Assembly: GCA_964016885.1 (NCBI GenBank) | Contig: OZ024752.1 | Span: forward strand, 16,120,001-16,184,000 | From: Eledone cirrhosa | Taxonomy: Eukaryota | DNA length: 64,000 bases | Reading direction: 5' to 3' | Part shown: piece after piece, positions 13,483 through 26,830 of the stretch | Numbering within the stretch: position 1 is the stretch's first letter | Layout of the letters: each line of letters starts with the position of its first letter | Notes under the pieces: generated by a model | Databases searched by the model: none | Told to the model about the DNA's origin: nothing | Seen by the model: only the letters and a program-made list of their open reading frames with translations | Made by a program: the position numbers and the translations under genes

Positions 13483-14264
13483 AACACACACACATAAATA
13501 TATATATGTGTGTGTGTGTATGTATGTATTTACATATGCATTTTTAATAAATAATAAATGCAAAAATTCAGCTATGATTTTCATGTTTTGTGGTCTCAAG
13601 CGCATTTCCACAAATGAATTAGGTTACAGTTAGTCAAGGATTCTCAGTATATGTATGTAAATCTATTTATTAGTCATCCGACATGAACCAAAAAGAAACG
13701 TCTCATGACTAATATTTACTCTATCTTTTTTTCTTTTATCAGAGACGTTTAACAAATACATAATATTTAGGAGAAGACAGTCTCCAAAAGAGGAAACGTC
13801 TGAATTTATCAAGTCCTTTTTGATAAATGGTTTAAGTCACTATACTGATTGCAGTCGTGGGTTTTATATCGAAAAACATTCGATACGTTTGCAAGGAGAC
13901 AGCCACATTACTCTGTGTCTTTTTATTACCATCGCCCTCCTTGTGTTCTAGCGGTGACAGAGAGAATCCACCGAAAATATTGTTTCTGGGCCATTGCCAT
14001 TTGTCAAGATTGTGTATCTCTCTTCTGTCATTCATTAGAACTCTTGAGAATATATAGTACTAAATGGCCCGTCTGGCTGGCGTTATACCGGCATTTCATC
14101 CTTTCAGGAATCCGCCTCCACTCCAGTGCAAAGATACCGCATGCCCTCTCAAGTCAGCGAGGATGGTGGGAGTGTGGGGGGGGGGATAACGTGCTCTGAT
14201 GTTGGGTTTGAATAGTTTTTAGGATTCCCCAGTTCAGCAGCCAGTACGTTAAAGAAAATTGATA

Positions 14265-15046
14265 GGTACAACAATAAAGGCTGAACAGAGAACACATTTT
14301 TTAACAAACTTTTAATAATTTGTACATCCATAATGGAAATTCCAAGTAACAGAAAATACATAAATTACATTGTCAGAGCCTCAGAGTATACAATATTTAT
14401 TGTTCGGCCCTCGGGAGCAAAGATGAAGAGATTGTTTGGCGAGCTCACCCTAGAGCATCCTACATACAATTGACCATGGGAGAAGAATGGTTTTCCCAGA
14501 TGAAGGCCAGCCACTTTTAGGGTTTGACCCTGAGCTTTGTTGATGGTAATTGCGAATCTTAGTCTCTCTGTTGGTCTAGTAACATTTTTTCTTCTGGAAA
14601 ATCTGATCTTGCGGCCAGGCTGGGACTTTTTGGGTGGCATATCGGCAGTAACAATGACGATAAGCCGTCTGTTTTTTAGTGAAATAAATACGTTTGTTTA
14701 TATGTTGTTGTTGTGTATGCAAAAATATCTGTACACGAATATATAATTATATATATATATTAAAATAACAGATTAAAGTTTAAGCAAAGAATCGCTGCTT
14801 TCACCCGTAACGGGATCTTCTGAAAGTAAAAAAATCAATCTGTGAACGCAAAAGTAAATATTTCGAAAAACGTTGCAACCGAAGGAAAAGAGGAAGAATA
14901 TACTGTGGTTCGTGAAGACGTTCCCTGGCAATGAACGGAAAAAAGCAGTGAGAACAATATTTACTCTAGGGTTCTTATATATTTGGTATATATTTATCCT
15001 TATCGAGCCCTCTTTGGTTTTTTGTCTTCACATTTATTATTATTAC

Positions 15047-15085
<39 letters not shown>

Positions 15086-15269
15086 CGAAGGAAATGTGGT
15101 AAGGAACCAGATGGACCATAACGCACCAAAGTACTCAATACTTAGGGTAGTAGAGTGGGTAATAGGAACAAGTATGACCCCGACGGCAGAGCTCAAGCCG
15201 TTTCGACGGCTAATTCAGAATTAGCCGTCGACACGGCTTGAGCTCTGCCGTCGGGGTCATACTTGTTCC

Positions 15270-15301
<32 letters not shown>

Positions 15302-15746
15302 TTGTGAGGGCGTGCGGTATCTTTGCAATGAATTAATTAAATAATTAAAAGTTGGTTAGAAGCGAAGTCAATGCATACAGGCAGCCACACAGATATTATA
15401 AGCCTGCGACGTTATAGCTATGTAACTAATACAGACAGCCAGACATACAGAGACATATTATAAGGGCGCGACGTTATAGCTATGTATCTATCTAAAAAGA
15501 CAGACAGAGAAAGAGAGAGGAATGTCGTATAACCGGAAGTGCTGACATTTGAAAATGTTAAAGAAGTGCATATTTAAATAAACGATAAAATATCTTTAAT
15601 CTTTTTACGAAATTCAGAAGACAAAAATACCCTCACTTTCTTACTTGGGAAAAGTTAAATCTATGGTGCAAATTTGATGCTGTTTGGTCCAGCTGTTTGG
15701 CGAAAAGTTTCTTACATACATATGGCCGTTAGCTTTATAGTATAGA
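14265..15746 (-). mobile_element. Helitron derivative with PIF1-type helicase C-terminal fragment
   Basis: ORF 14365-14640 contains FAITINKAQGQTL..FSHGQLYVGCSRV..NIVYSEAL (RepHel helicase motifs V/VI). Probable 5' end TCTATACTATAAAG at 15746. 15433-15476 is shared with the Helitron at 27341. 3' boundary uncertain. Confidence 0.7.
15083..15272. mobile_element. PLE pLTR 3' fragment folded back inside its HHR (palindrome 15162-15272)
   Basis: 55-bp arms centred on 15217 with one mismatch. Arm matches the HHR at 40755-40855. The end aacgaaggaaatg.ggtaaggaaccagatg recurs at 8970-9020. In (TA)n. Confidence 0.75.
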
Positions 15747-15979
15747 TTCTCTACAGTATACAGCGGCTGAATATATTGATTCATTCATTTAAAATATGAT
15801 ATGATAAGTGTAGAAAACTACATTAAGTTATAAATGTAGATGGGTAATAAAAGGAAACGTTAGTTTCTGGAATATAATAAAGAAAGGAGGTGGAGTGAGA
15901 AGTAAAGAGGGAATGTAGAGAAAGATGTGGTGAGAATTAGTGCAACATATGATGTATGAATAAGGGCGGAAGATAAAGT

Positions 15980-16350
15980 CATCGTCTTCTTCGCCCACTT
16001 ATTCCTGTGAGGGTTGTGGAAGCAGTGCCCTCAAACACTCCTTTCAGCCAGTCCTTTCAGATACAACTGTGTCCAACTGGTCCCCAGCCAAGCTCAGGGA
16101 TGTTATCCAACCATCTTGCTCGGGGTCTACCACTGGGTCTCCTTGATTTTGCCCGTAAAATCTGTCCAGCGATTCTTTCATGAGACATCACATAGAGAGA
16201 TTCTTTTATCTCCGAGCTACACATTCTATCGAGTAACGTTACTATAAAATCCCTTGAGAGGAACCCCATTTTCATATTATTTCGGTCATTACCCAAGATT
16301 CATGACCATAGGTAAGGGTTGGAATACCGAATTGAAGATAGCGAGTTTGG
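15980..16350 (-). mobile_element. RTE-clade LINE 3' fragment
   Basis: Same family as 3948-4345 (MGFL..TLLDRMCSSEIKESL..RRPSGRPRARW). Confidence 0.8.
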
Positions 16351-16739
16351 TTCATACACCTACTTCCCTTCTTCTGATTACCGAATGCTGAACCATGGCG
16401 AATTTTTGAAACCCTATTAATGATTTAAATACAGAGAGATGGAAGGGAGGTAATACAAGGAATGAAAATCAAGTTTGTGACAATCATTAAATAGAGATTG
16501 TGAGAAAGACATTTATATAAATACGAAGAGTAATAAATCTATTGTGAAATATTATGGTTTCTCTCACTAGAAGAGGAAATAAGTTTAATATAGGTGGTGT
16601 TAATATGTTTAAGTAAATTTATGGCTAGGAATGAAATTACACTGGTTATATATTTCATATTCATTAAAAAATTATAAAATTTCAATGCATATAAAGATAT
16701 ATTTAATACTACAACACTAATATATCTATATGGCAAAAA

Positions 16740-16835
16740 GCTTAGTTAAATATAAAGCAGTATATATAGACTTAATACCACACACAAAAAGTTTAGTTAA
16801 ATATAAAGCAGTATATATAGACTTAATACCACACA
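16740..16835. repeat. ~51-bp tandem duplication
   Basis: ttagttaaatataaagcagtatatatagacttaataccacacaca occurs twice. Confidence 0.85.
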
Positions 16836-16913
16836 CACACCTACTCTCTCTCTCTCACACACACACACATACACTCACACACATACACACCTACACTCTC
16901 TCTCTCTCTGTTG

Positions 16914-16951
<38 letters not shown>

Positions 16952-17625
16952 CACACACACTCAATAGATTAATAGAGTGTAAACATCAAATTTAATATCA
17001 GGGTTTTCCTGATGATTTCTTTCAAAGAAAACATTTCTAGTCCTGTAGAAGGACTATATTAAATGTGATGATTATACTCTCCTAATATATTGAGTACCTT
17101 ACTTATTGTGGATGTATATATATATATATATATATTAATTTCAACAATGTCAGTATTCCGTGTGTCATAATTCTCGATTATCATTGGTTCATAGGTTTCA
17201 AATGACTCCGCCCACCCCAACGAGGCCAAACTTAAATTAATATGCATAATGCCAATGAGGGAGTGAGAGGGGAGAGTAAGAAACAGAGAGGCAAAGTGAA
17301 CGCTGAAACTATTACCATGTGTGCGTGTGTATGTACGTGCGCGTATTTTTATGTGTGTGCGTGCGTGCAGCGTTCCACAGAAAGTAAAAGCAATTCGACT
17401 TTATCAAACACTGAACTAGCGACGGCGACGGCGTGCAGCCAGGAATGAAGAAAAACCGGCCGAAACGCCGAACTTCAGAGGCGAATAAGTGCCGCCATGA
17501 ATGAAGAGGAGCTGGCTGAACAAGGCCAAAGATACACAGGAGCCAAACAGCGACGACGGCGGGCTGCGATGGTTGAAGACAAACTGGCTGAGCATCATCT
17601 TTTATATTAATTATCTATATCTATA

Positions 17626-17973
17626 TCTACATATAATATAAAAGATTGGAACTTCCATCATCCTTTTGAGAAACGTGGAACAACCACGTCTATGCAATGA
17701 TAAACGTTTTACAGTCAGGCAGAAGATGAACGATCTTCTAGAGGTCACTATTCTAGGTGGGAGCACCTAGAATTGTTCATATACTATGCACAAATGGTAC
17801 AACGAAGAATCTGGTATATCTGGAAGATTTCTTTTACTGTTTTTTTGTATCGCACAGACACCACGGACTCGCCTCATACTGTAAGCAGACAAACATCCAA
17901 TACAATCATTTTCTCTTTTACTTGTCTTCTCTTATGATCTGTTTACCCGGGCGAAGCTGGGTACGCCAGCTAG
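17626..17973 (+). mobile_element. Non-autonomous Helitron
   Basis: 5' TCTACATATAATATAAAA; 3' hairpin acccgggcgaagctgggt followed by CTAG|T. Internal VGAPRIVHIL..GTTKNLVY resembles the helicase C-terminus. Confidence 0.75.
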
Positions 17974-17999
17974 TATATATATACATATGTATGTAAAAG

Positions 18000-18354
18000 G
18001 TAAACAGAAATAACAACACAATGGGTAAAGTATATGGAAGGGATATATTAGGTTAACGCTTGATATAGCAGGAAGAGGGTCTTAACGCTTCGGACACTAG
18101 TCCTTCATCAGAAGAAAGAATGAGAAATATAATAGATTGAGGGGACGGGCGGGATGTAATTGGAAAAAATGTATTTAGACAAAAATAATAGGTCCATTCA
18201 TGTTGACATTTCTTGCAAAACTGTTGGTGCTGGCGTTTTGTGTATGATTATTTTTTAGAAAAGTGGATGATTGCGCGCGTCCACCTGAAATGGAAAAAAA
18301 AACGTTTTTTTTAAAGAACTGTCTCTGTGTCTGTGTGTGTGTGTGTGTGTGTGT

Positions 18355-18404
<50 letters not shown>

Positions 18405-20430
18405 ATAGGTCCGTACGAAGCTAAGAAGAGATATGTGTGTATATGTGAGTAAAAGAGTGTGTGCATGTAAGTACAAAGCTATGAGCAAAGAGAAAGCGAT
18501 AGAAATCTAGGGGTGTGATAATGGACGGGGTATTAGAGATATTGGGGAGGTGAGTTGAGTCCAAGAGGAAAATAGGACCCAAGACGGTGAATCAGACTTT
18601 GTTCAGTCCTGGTGCGCGAGGCCTGTGATCCATGATGTAAAAGGACACCCAGGACTGAAACATGTAAGATGAATGGCCAGCAGAACAGAAATAACGGGTG
18701 ACAGGAGTATCCAAACCGAGTCGTATGTCCCTCAAATGTTCGGCAAAACGGTCCGCCATACGACGTCCCGTTTGTCCGATATATAAAGACCCACAAAGGG
18801 AACACCGGAGGGCATAGACAACGTGGGCGGATGTGCAGGTGAAGAAATGGCAGATACGGAAAGACCCGTTAGGGCCTGTAAGAGTGGTGAGGGTGGAAAT
18901 AAAGGAAGATGTGTTGCAGCGGGAACGGGAACAAGGATGAGAGCCGGGTGGAGTCGTGGGAGAGGACGAAAAAAAACTGCGAACCAGGAGGTCGCGGAGG
19001 TTTCGGGCGCGCTTAAAAGCAGTAATGGGTGGGTTTGGAAAAAAGCGAGAAGTGCCGGGGTCAGAAGAGTGGATACGGAAGGAACGGAGGATATGTCGTC
19101 GGAGTGGTAAGGTGATGGGGTGGTAGGTGAGAGGGAAAGGAACACAGGTGTTGGGAGGGCGGGGGTGAGGTGTGAGGGTTGCGGTGCGGTCTGTTTCACG
19201 GGCGTGGGTGAATGCAGCTTGGATCAAGGTGGGGATATCCACGCTGGATGAAGCAGGAAGCCATGTGAAGGAAATGGGTTTCGAAATCGTCGTCCTGGCT
19301 ACAGAGGCGACGAAGACGGAGTAATTGGGAATAGGCTATGGAGTGTTTGGTGTGGGTTGGATGGGAGGAGGTGAAGTCGAGATAAGATTAGGAGTCTGTT
19401 GGTTTAATGAAGATGGAACTTGAGAGGGTGTGGTGAGAGTGATTAATAGATAGAGAGATGTCTAGAAAAGCGACAGAAGAATCAGAGATGGAGGTGGTGA
19501 AAGTGAGAGCAGGATGGAATGATTGAACAAAAGAAAGAAAACAGTCGAGCTGCTCTCGTGATAGATAGGTGACGCCTATACAGTGGTCGATATAACGAGC
19601 GTATAGCCCAGGAGTCGGTCCAGCGTACTGGGAGAAGATCTGGGCTTCGACGTAGCCAACCAACAAGTTGGCATAGTTTGGACCCATTCTGATTCCCATC
19701 GCTACCTCAGAGACCTGCTGGTAAAATTCACCCGAAAAAGAAAATCCTTTAAGGGTGAGAACAAGCTCAGCCAGACGGAGAAGAGTGGTAGTGCTGGGGT
19801 AAGCGGTGGGGCGTAAATCTAAAAATAGCTGGGGAGAGCGGAGGTCGTCATTATGAGGGATGACGGTATAGAGAGAAGTGATCTCCAGGGTAAAGAGAAG
19901 GCGGGAGGGACTAGCAGGGAAGGAGAAAGAGTTGAAAAGTCTAAGGGCATGATTTGTATCGTGGATGTGGGAGGGGAGATTGCCAACCAACGGGGCAAGA
20001 ATGGTGTCTAAATATTCATAAAATTATCTCCGTGTGGCAGTTGCACCCAGAAACGATAGGACGGCCAGGATTATTTTGTTTGTGTATTTTGGGGAGGAAG
20101 TAATGGTGGGTGTGGGAGTGGTGCGTACAATAAGGTTGGTGGGTGTGGGGAGGTAGGTGAGAGGAGGAGATGAGCTCGTGGATGGTGGAGGACATGAGTT
20201 GTTGTTGGTAGCCAGGAGTGAGGTCGGAGGATAAAGGGCGGTAAAAAATGTTATTGTGAAGCTGGCGAAGAGCCTCAACACTATAGAGGTCAGCGCTCCA
20301 AATCACCACAGCGCCACCTTTGTCAGCGGGTTTGATGACAATGTCATCGCGACACCGAAGTTTGAGAAAAGCCGAGAGCTCAGTTCCCGTGATGTTAGAG
20401 CGACGAGAATGCTGGAGGAAACGGGACCGA
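18000..20430 (-). mobile_element. Penelope-like element (Neptune-like), degenerate
   Basis: RT fragments (IVIKPADKGGAVV, LPKIHK..PGRPIVS, SLYT, MGIRMGPNYANL, RYIDH), Cys-rich linker, GIY-YIG (VVYALRCSLCGSLYIGQTGR..RFAEH). Frameshifted. Confidence 0.9.
18078..18116 (-). ncRNA. Minimal HHR in the 3' pLTR of the Neptune-like PLE
   Basis: Minus strand: tctt CTGATGA aggac tagt gtcc GAAG cgtt aaga (GAAA mutated). The copy at 22955-22992 keeps GAAACGTT. Confidence 0.7.
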
Positions 20431-20782
20431 TTCACAATATATATATATATATATATATTCTTAGTAAATGTAAGAAGTCTCAAAACTAGAAAAGTACTGT
20501 AAACATAACTGATTGCTATAAATTACAACTTTGAAAATCGGGTAAAAAACGCCTCTTGAGGGAAAAGGTGACCCGCCCTAAACAAACCCCGACAACTACA
20601 ATTACAGATTAGATATACGGTTTTGATAATGTGATCGCAAAGAAATACCATTCGGAATGTAGATATTCTTTGAGAATAATATTTTGAAATTATCTACCGA
20701 CAAAAATACAACAGTTGATATAAAACTGTTAAAGCGCCAAACAAATAACTTACGGAAGTCACTCCTTAAACATGTGCGGTGT

Positions 20783-20839
<57 letters not shown>

Positions 20840-21298
20840 CAGGTCTGGACACAATGGAACCAAACTCCCATTGTTACTACCTATTTATCTTAAATTCACT
20901 TAGCCTTTAACTCTACAAAATACTTCAGCAACGTTGGTATAGTCACTCCCTCCGTCTCTTCAACTTCCCCATCTCTAACTTCGCTATGAACCATAGCGAA
21001 TTTTTAAAGCCCTAATAATTGTTTCTACTTTTTGGCACAAGGCCAGCAATTACTCAATGCATTACTGGTACTTTATTTTATCGACCACGTAATGATGAAA
21101 GGCAAAGTTAACCTTGGCGGGATTCGAACTCATTAATGATTTAAATATAGAGAGGGGGAAGGGAGGTAATACAAAGAAGGAAAATCAAGTTTGTGACAAT
21201 CATGATATAGAGATTGTGAGAAATACATTTATATAAATACAAAGAATAGTAAATCTATTGTGAAATATTATAGTTTCTCTTACTATTATGAGCAAATG

Positions 21299-21508
21299 GT
21301 AAGACAGGCGTTGACCGCCCTACGGCCACGGTGGACAAAACAGAGAAGGCGTTTCGCCGGAGGATAGTGAGGGAGATGTACTGGAAGAGTCATTCCAGCT
21401 CAGGAGGCTCACACCTGCGGGTAGCCAATCTGACCCGATGGTGGTGAGTAGAGAGTTGGTCCTGTGGACATCTGAGTGTGAAATGTCGCTCTAATTTGTT
21501 CTGCCCAT
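21299..21508 (-). mobile_element. CRE-like (RLE) LINE 3' fragment with TSD
   Basis: Reverse complement matches 26690-26815. Flanked by ctatta(t/c)gagcaaatg direct repeats. Confidence 0.6.
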
Positions 21509-21858
21509 CTATTACGAGCAAATGAGGGCTCGCGCTGGACGCAAATATCGTTATATTTAAAAAGCTAATTATTTAGCTTATATCTAGACAGTAATTATCG
21601 TCATGTTTTCTTAAGCTTCGCGGTACAATGCAATTAACGAGAGTTTGAGAAGTTTAGAGTTCGATCCTCTAAGGCAGATACAAGCCACTTTTTCCCTCTA
21701 TACGGATATTTTACTCGATTTTGTAAGTTAAAATTTATAGCAATCTACAGTGCTCAAAGTTGTTTCCTGAGTTCGAGAGTTTCTATATTTAATAAGAATT
21801 TCAACTCACTCGACGCTCTGATGGCTAATTTACAAATGTTGTTGCATTATATATACAT

Positions 21859-21904
<46 letters not shown>

Positions 21905-21910
<6 letters not shown>

Positions 21911-22581
21911 AGATCAAAAGATGGTTAAAATAGGGATACATGATATGAAGCTTAAAATGAAGCTTAAAAAACACTTGTGAATAATAAAGTTTTAAATCAA
22001 CATATGAAAAATAATTTAAGATTGATGTATGAGATTGGGAGAAAGTGAAGAGGGGTTGGAAAAGGTAAGGAAGAGGAGGAGATGAGAGTAAAGAATGGTG
22101 GGGGAGAATTATAAGAAGGAAGGATGGAGAGGAGGAGAGATGGGTGATAGAGAGAGAGAGATAGCCTTTACAACTGAGAAAAATATATATAATGTCTCAC
22201 AGAGAGAAATTAAAAAGCCGTTGGAAGATAATAGATAATTTAAAAGAATTTGAAATTAAAAGTTAATGAGGTTTATGCATGAAGAAAAAGGAATTAAGAA
22301 TAATATTAAATTAAGGTTTGTATTTTTCATATGTTGATTTAAAACTTCACTATTCACAAGTGTTTTTTAAGCTTCATATCATGTATCCCTATTTTATCTT
22401 ATGAGAACGCAGATATCATCCCATGATGATATTTGTTTTTGAAATGCGCATAATAAAATACTTGGAACTCTTTTAACCATCTTTTGATCTTATATTATTT
22501 ATACTCCAGTCCTACAAACTGTAGAGTGCTACTTATCCGATATTTGCATTGCTTTATTGTGCTACAATAAAACTCACCTCC

Positions 22582-22585
<4 letters not shown>
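21905..22585. mobile_element. Second copy of the 8526-8948 pLTR family, inverted arms with ~320-bp spacer
   Basis: Right arm 22329-22585 has a mutated HHR (CTTATGA..GAAAtgcgcATA). Left arm is deleted across the HHR. (TA)n on both sides. Confidence 0.8.
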
Positions 22586-22679
<94 letters not shown>

Positions 22680-22771
22680 GACATAAACTTTATCCTAAAG
22701 AGATAATAAAAAATATTTTTAAATATGAAAAGTGTAAATATATCTACAAATATGCGCATACATACATACGC

Positions 22772-22804
<33 letters not shown>

Positions 22805-22869
22805 CGTGCGTACGTGTGTGTATATACATGTATATATGTATACATATGTATGTATACATGTATGTATGC

Positions 22870-23035
22870 AAAACGTAAATAGAAATAACAACACAATCGG
22901 TACAGTATATGGAAGGAATATATTAGTTTTACTCTTGAAGTAGCAGAAAGAGGGTCTTAACGTTTCGGACGCTAGTCCTTCATGAGAAGAAAGAATGAGA
23001 AATAATATAGATTGAGGGGACGGGCAAGATGGAAT
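22870..23035 (-). mobile_element. Solo pLTR of the Neptune-like PLE
   Basis: Near-duplicate of 18000-18155, including the HHR. Confidence 0.75.
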
Positions 23036-23184
23036 CGATATCAACATAGACGGAATACTTATACAGATATAATCGCGACAACAATTATATATACATTATC
23101 TTCAAACGCCAAATCTAGTAATAAAAAAAGATATTTATAGCTTTTTTTACATGAATAATATGTCATTATTAAACATCAAGTTAG

Positions 23185-23373
23185 GGCCGTGGATTGGCTG
23201 ATCGGTGGTGGGTCGGACGCCATACTTTCCAGCATAGTTAAGCCCCTTTACGGTCTGAGTTCAAATCCCGTCGAGGTTGACTTTGCCTTTCATCCTTTCG
23301 GGGTCGATAAAATAAAGTACCAGTAATGTACTGGGTTATTGCTGGCCTTGTGCCAAAAGTAGAAACAATTATT
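23185..23373 (+). mobile_element. SINE family A
   Basis: GAGTTCAAATCCCG B box, core, ggccttgtgccaaaagtagaaacaattatt. Flanked by duplicated attattaaacatcaagtt. Confidence 0.85.
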
Positions 23374-24670
23374 AAACATCAAGTTTTAACGTAAATTAAT
23401 TTTATCCTCGGATGGCAAACATTGTACATTATTAAAACTATTTCTCGAAGATCAACTATTTACTGAATTAACTTCATTGTCTAAAATATTTTATCTTTTA
23501 GTTGTGATATTTATGTCTGTATGACATCATGCCGCATAGGATGGTAGCGTTTAGTTGATAATAAATAAAGGTAATACGTAAATAAATGAGGATGTTCTGA
23601 AGTAAATAATTACTGAACCATAAAAGGAGGAAGAACACTATGTCTGGTTTATCAATGTGTAACTAAAGTGTAAAATCTGTATCAAGCCAGAAACCTCGTT
23701 AGGTCCATCGCTGGGTTAAAACCGCAGCTATTGCTGGTACTCATTTTCAGCCAAGTATACTGGAGCAACGTGAAATGAAGTGTTTTGCTCAAGAACACAA
23801 CACAAAACACAGCCTAGGAATCGAACCCACGACATTATGATCGTAAGTCCAACACATTTTGGTAGTTATGGACCGGAGGTAAATTCTTATCAATGATTTC
23901 AAAGAATTGCTCAGTTAAATTTGATACTAAATGGACACCTTATGTGGGGTCATATGATAGGCCCCTTGTGTGGGATCATCTGATAGGCCCTTGTGTGGGG
24001 TCATATGAAGTATTTTTCTTCTTCAACGTCTCTGCTAACAAGTTACTGTTATCCCTTATTTGCAATGTAGAGCCATTACTATCCTCAATTAAATGTTGTT
24101 TAGGGTTAAACATAGTATTATTATTCCCCAAATTCCGCCGAGGTTAACTTTGCCTTTCACCCTTACGGGGTCGATAAAATAAAGTACCAGTAATGTACTG
24201 GGTAATTACTGGCCTTGTGCCAAAAGTAGAAATAATTATTATTCTCCTCATGGATCCAAATTTAGATCTGTTTTATATAGTGCAGTTTGGTTAGGTAATT
24301 AAAGTTCCTATACTGGGGTTTTATATGATCAACCAATCTAATATCTTCGTAAATATCCACTATGGTAGAGCAGAAAAGCAATTCCAATGTAATATCATTT
24401 ATATGCTTTTAATTGCTCTTTCCCGATGATCCATTATCATCAAGCTTTAGATTTTATTATTTTTATTAGGTTCACTTTTATTCCTACGTTTAATAGTGAC
24501 TATGTTCCATAAACCGGTTCTTCATCCGTTATTGTTACTGGTAGAATAGTTTACTTTTGTTAATATACAAAACTTGCTACCGCTTCAATATAATAATTAG
24601 CACTTTAGTTGGAAATCTCCTCATTAGCCAACAGTTTAGGAATTCTGTTGAAAACCTTAATCACTCTAGG

Positions 24671-24821
24671 TAGGTGGTTCCCAAAGTGGGTTCCGCAAAA
24701 GAGCGTCTGGGGTCCCGTGAAAAACGGTAGAATAGTATATTTATATTACATATAACGGTATTAGAATTTGGAGTTCTGAACGAAAAAGGGTTCCGTGTTG
24801 GAAAACGTTTGGGAAACCCTG
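24671..24821. mobile_element. hAT-Charlie-like MITE
   Basis: TIRs taggtggttcccaaa / tttgggaaaccctg with ctcta(g/a) flanks. Confidence 0.65.
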
Positions 24822-25243
24822 CTCTAAGGGATGTTGAAAGCCTCTATACATAAAGCAGTTATTCTCCTGGGTTATGGTAAGGTTTATATAAGCCAGTGTC
24901 TAATTCGAGAGTAACATCTAAAAAATGAACAATTTTATTATTTCTATCAATGCTATTAGTTAAACCATATTTTTAAAAATCTGTGCATTTCTTCAATGCG
25001 TTTAATTCCGGGTTATTAAAGTTCCTGGGAACAAATAACGTAACGGTTCTGTATAGTCCACCTTGTAAATAAGGGAGTTCAATTTTTTATTTATATAACA
25101 GAAACAATACAAGTTCAGTGACCTCAGCAGAATCATTGGATCCTATTTTAATATCGAGGTTAAGTTGAGTCAATCTTTCTTTATCCAACAGCTACTTTTA
25201 AACCCGATAATAGCACGCCAGCAGCGATAGCTATATCGAATTA

Positions 25244-26210
25244 CTAGCAGTAAAGCCCGGTGTTGCTCGGGGTCGCTCAGTAGCTGTGTTAAAGTTACAA
25301 TGTTAAGTTTCTTTCTTGGCTTAAAAACTGTAGTGTCTACTGTGCAGACTTGCATGTGGTGTTTTTGATTAATATTCCCTCAACCAACAATATGCCTTAT
25401 GAAGTTAAGAAAACAACGATAACCCGAATGTTATAACAAAAGAGGATGCTGGGGATAGAAACTGCACTGGTTATTTATTAACAAAGATCGAAAATGTAAA
25501 CACTGCAACGCAGAGAAAAACATTAGCGTAACCAAATTATCAGTTATGTCTGTCTGCACGCCTATATCACCTCTCTGCACGACTGTCTGTCTGCACGCCT
25601 ATATCACCTCTCTGCACGACTGTCTGTCTGCACGCCTATATCACCTCTCTGCACGACTGTCTGTCTGCACGCCTATATCACCTCTCTGCACGACTGTCTG
25701 TCTGCACGCGTATATCACCTCTCTGCACGACTGTCTGTCTGCACGCCTAACGACGAAATATTTGCTTGTTTTACGTAGTCTTTAAATAGACTTGTTTTCA
25801 AGTAAAAATATTGTTTTAAAATGCTTTTAAATGGAAATGAAGCAAAACGGAAGCTTAGTGTTCGAACTGATGAATTTTGCAGGTCAATATTTTGCTGGCT
25901 CGACAACTGTTCGTGTATTGTGTTAATGTCATTTTAAACGCTGAGAAAGCCAGCGTAATTTTTTACGTAAGACGCTCAATGTAAACAGAACAAAGGGAAA
26001 TAACTGATAACTTACGCTCAAAAATCGATACATTATATTCGATTTCGTCACATAGGGTGGGTCAATTTGAAATATTTTTTTTCCGATGTCTTCGCTAGGG
26101 CTCAATGTACAAGTATAGTAATTTCGGTGCAATTCCGGGAGAGATTCTAAGAGGAGATGTGTGCCAAAAATCGATAGACAGACAGACAACCACAGTTTTA
26201 TATATATAGA
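25244..26210 (-). mobile_element. Non-autonomous Helitron
   Basis: Minus-strand 5' TCTATATATATAAAA at 26210; 3' hairpin ccccgagcaacaccggg then CTAG at 25244. Confidence 0.8.
25547..25749. repeat. 37-bp minisatellite x5.5 inside Helitron
   Basis: Unit tgtctgtctgcacgcctatatcacctctctgcacgac. Confidence 0.95.
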
Positions 26211-26344
26211 TTGTCTAAATATGTCAGTAAATATACGGACTAGGATGACAGCTTAATCAAGAAGAACAGAGGAAATGAAAGAGTAAAATTACAAGAATTT
26301 CATTTGTTTCTTATCCTTAAGGTCAATGAACCAATCCATGACAT

Positions 26345-26533
26345 GGTGGATTGGCGGTATTGGTAGAGGGTCGGGCGCAATGCTTTGAAGCATAGAGTTC
26401 CCTCCCTTTATGATCTGAGTTCAAATCCCGCCGAGGTTAACTTTGCCTTTCATCCTTATGGGGTCGAGAAAATAAAGTACTTGTAATGTACTGGGATAAT
26501 TGCTGGCCTGGTGACAAAAGTAGAAACAATTAT
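26345..26533 (+). mobile_element. SINE family A
   Basis: Full head, core and tail. Confidence 0.85.
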
Positions 26534-26634
26534 TTCATAATTCAAGTGCTCATTTCTCTTTTATTTCAGGTGTCAATCTATCTAAAATGTGTTTACTTAT
26601 TCTCCCTATGTTTGAAGTGGAGGACCTTATCGCT

Positions 26635-26830
26635 CTCCGACAGGTTCGCGGTCGTGCCCTTGGCAATGGTGACTTCTGGTGTCCTTGCCCCTACTCACCA
26701 GGATAGGCGCTGAGCTGGCCAGCCGCAGGTGTGAGCCTCACGAGTTGGAATGGCTCTTCCAGCGCATCCGCCTTACCATCCTCCGGGGAAACGCCTTCTC
26801 CATTCTGTCCGCCGGAGCTGTGGGGAGGCC
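26635..26830 (+). mobile_element. CRE-like RLE LINE C-terminal fragment
   Basis: WLFQRIRLTILRGNAFSILSAG resembles the QRxSxxxxRGNA end of RLE domains. Related remnant at 30090-30150. Confidence 0.6.

Noticed and set aside
17028-17060. CTGATGA..GAAA as an HHR (also 13765-13805, 28903-28940, 43795-43835)
   Set aside because: Stems or core are too degenerate to support without a covariance search.
17420-17600. Arg/Glu-rich GC patch as a host exon
   Set aside because: No open frame with splice sites; it resembles decayed Helitron N-terminal repeats.
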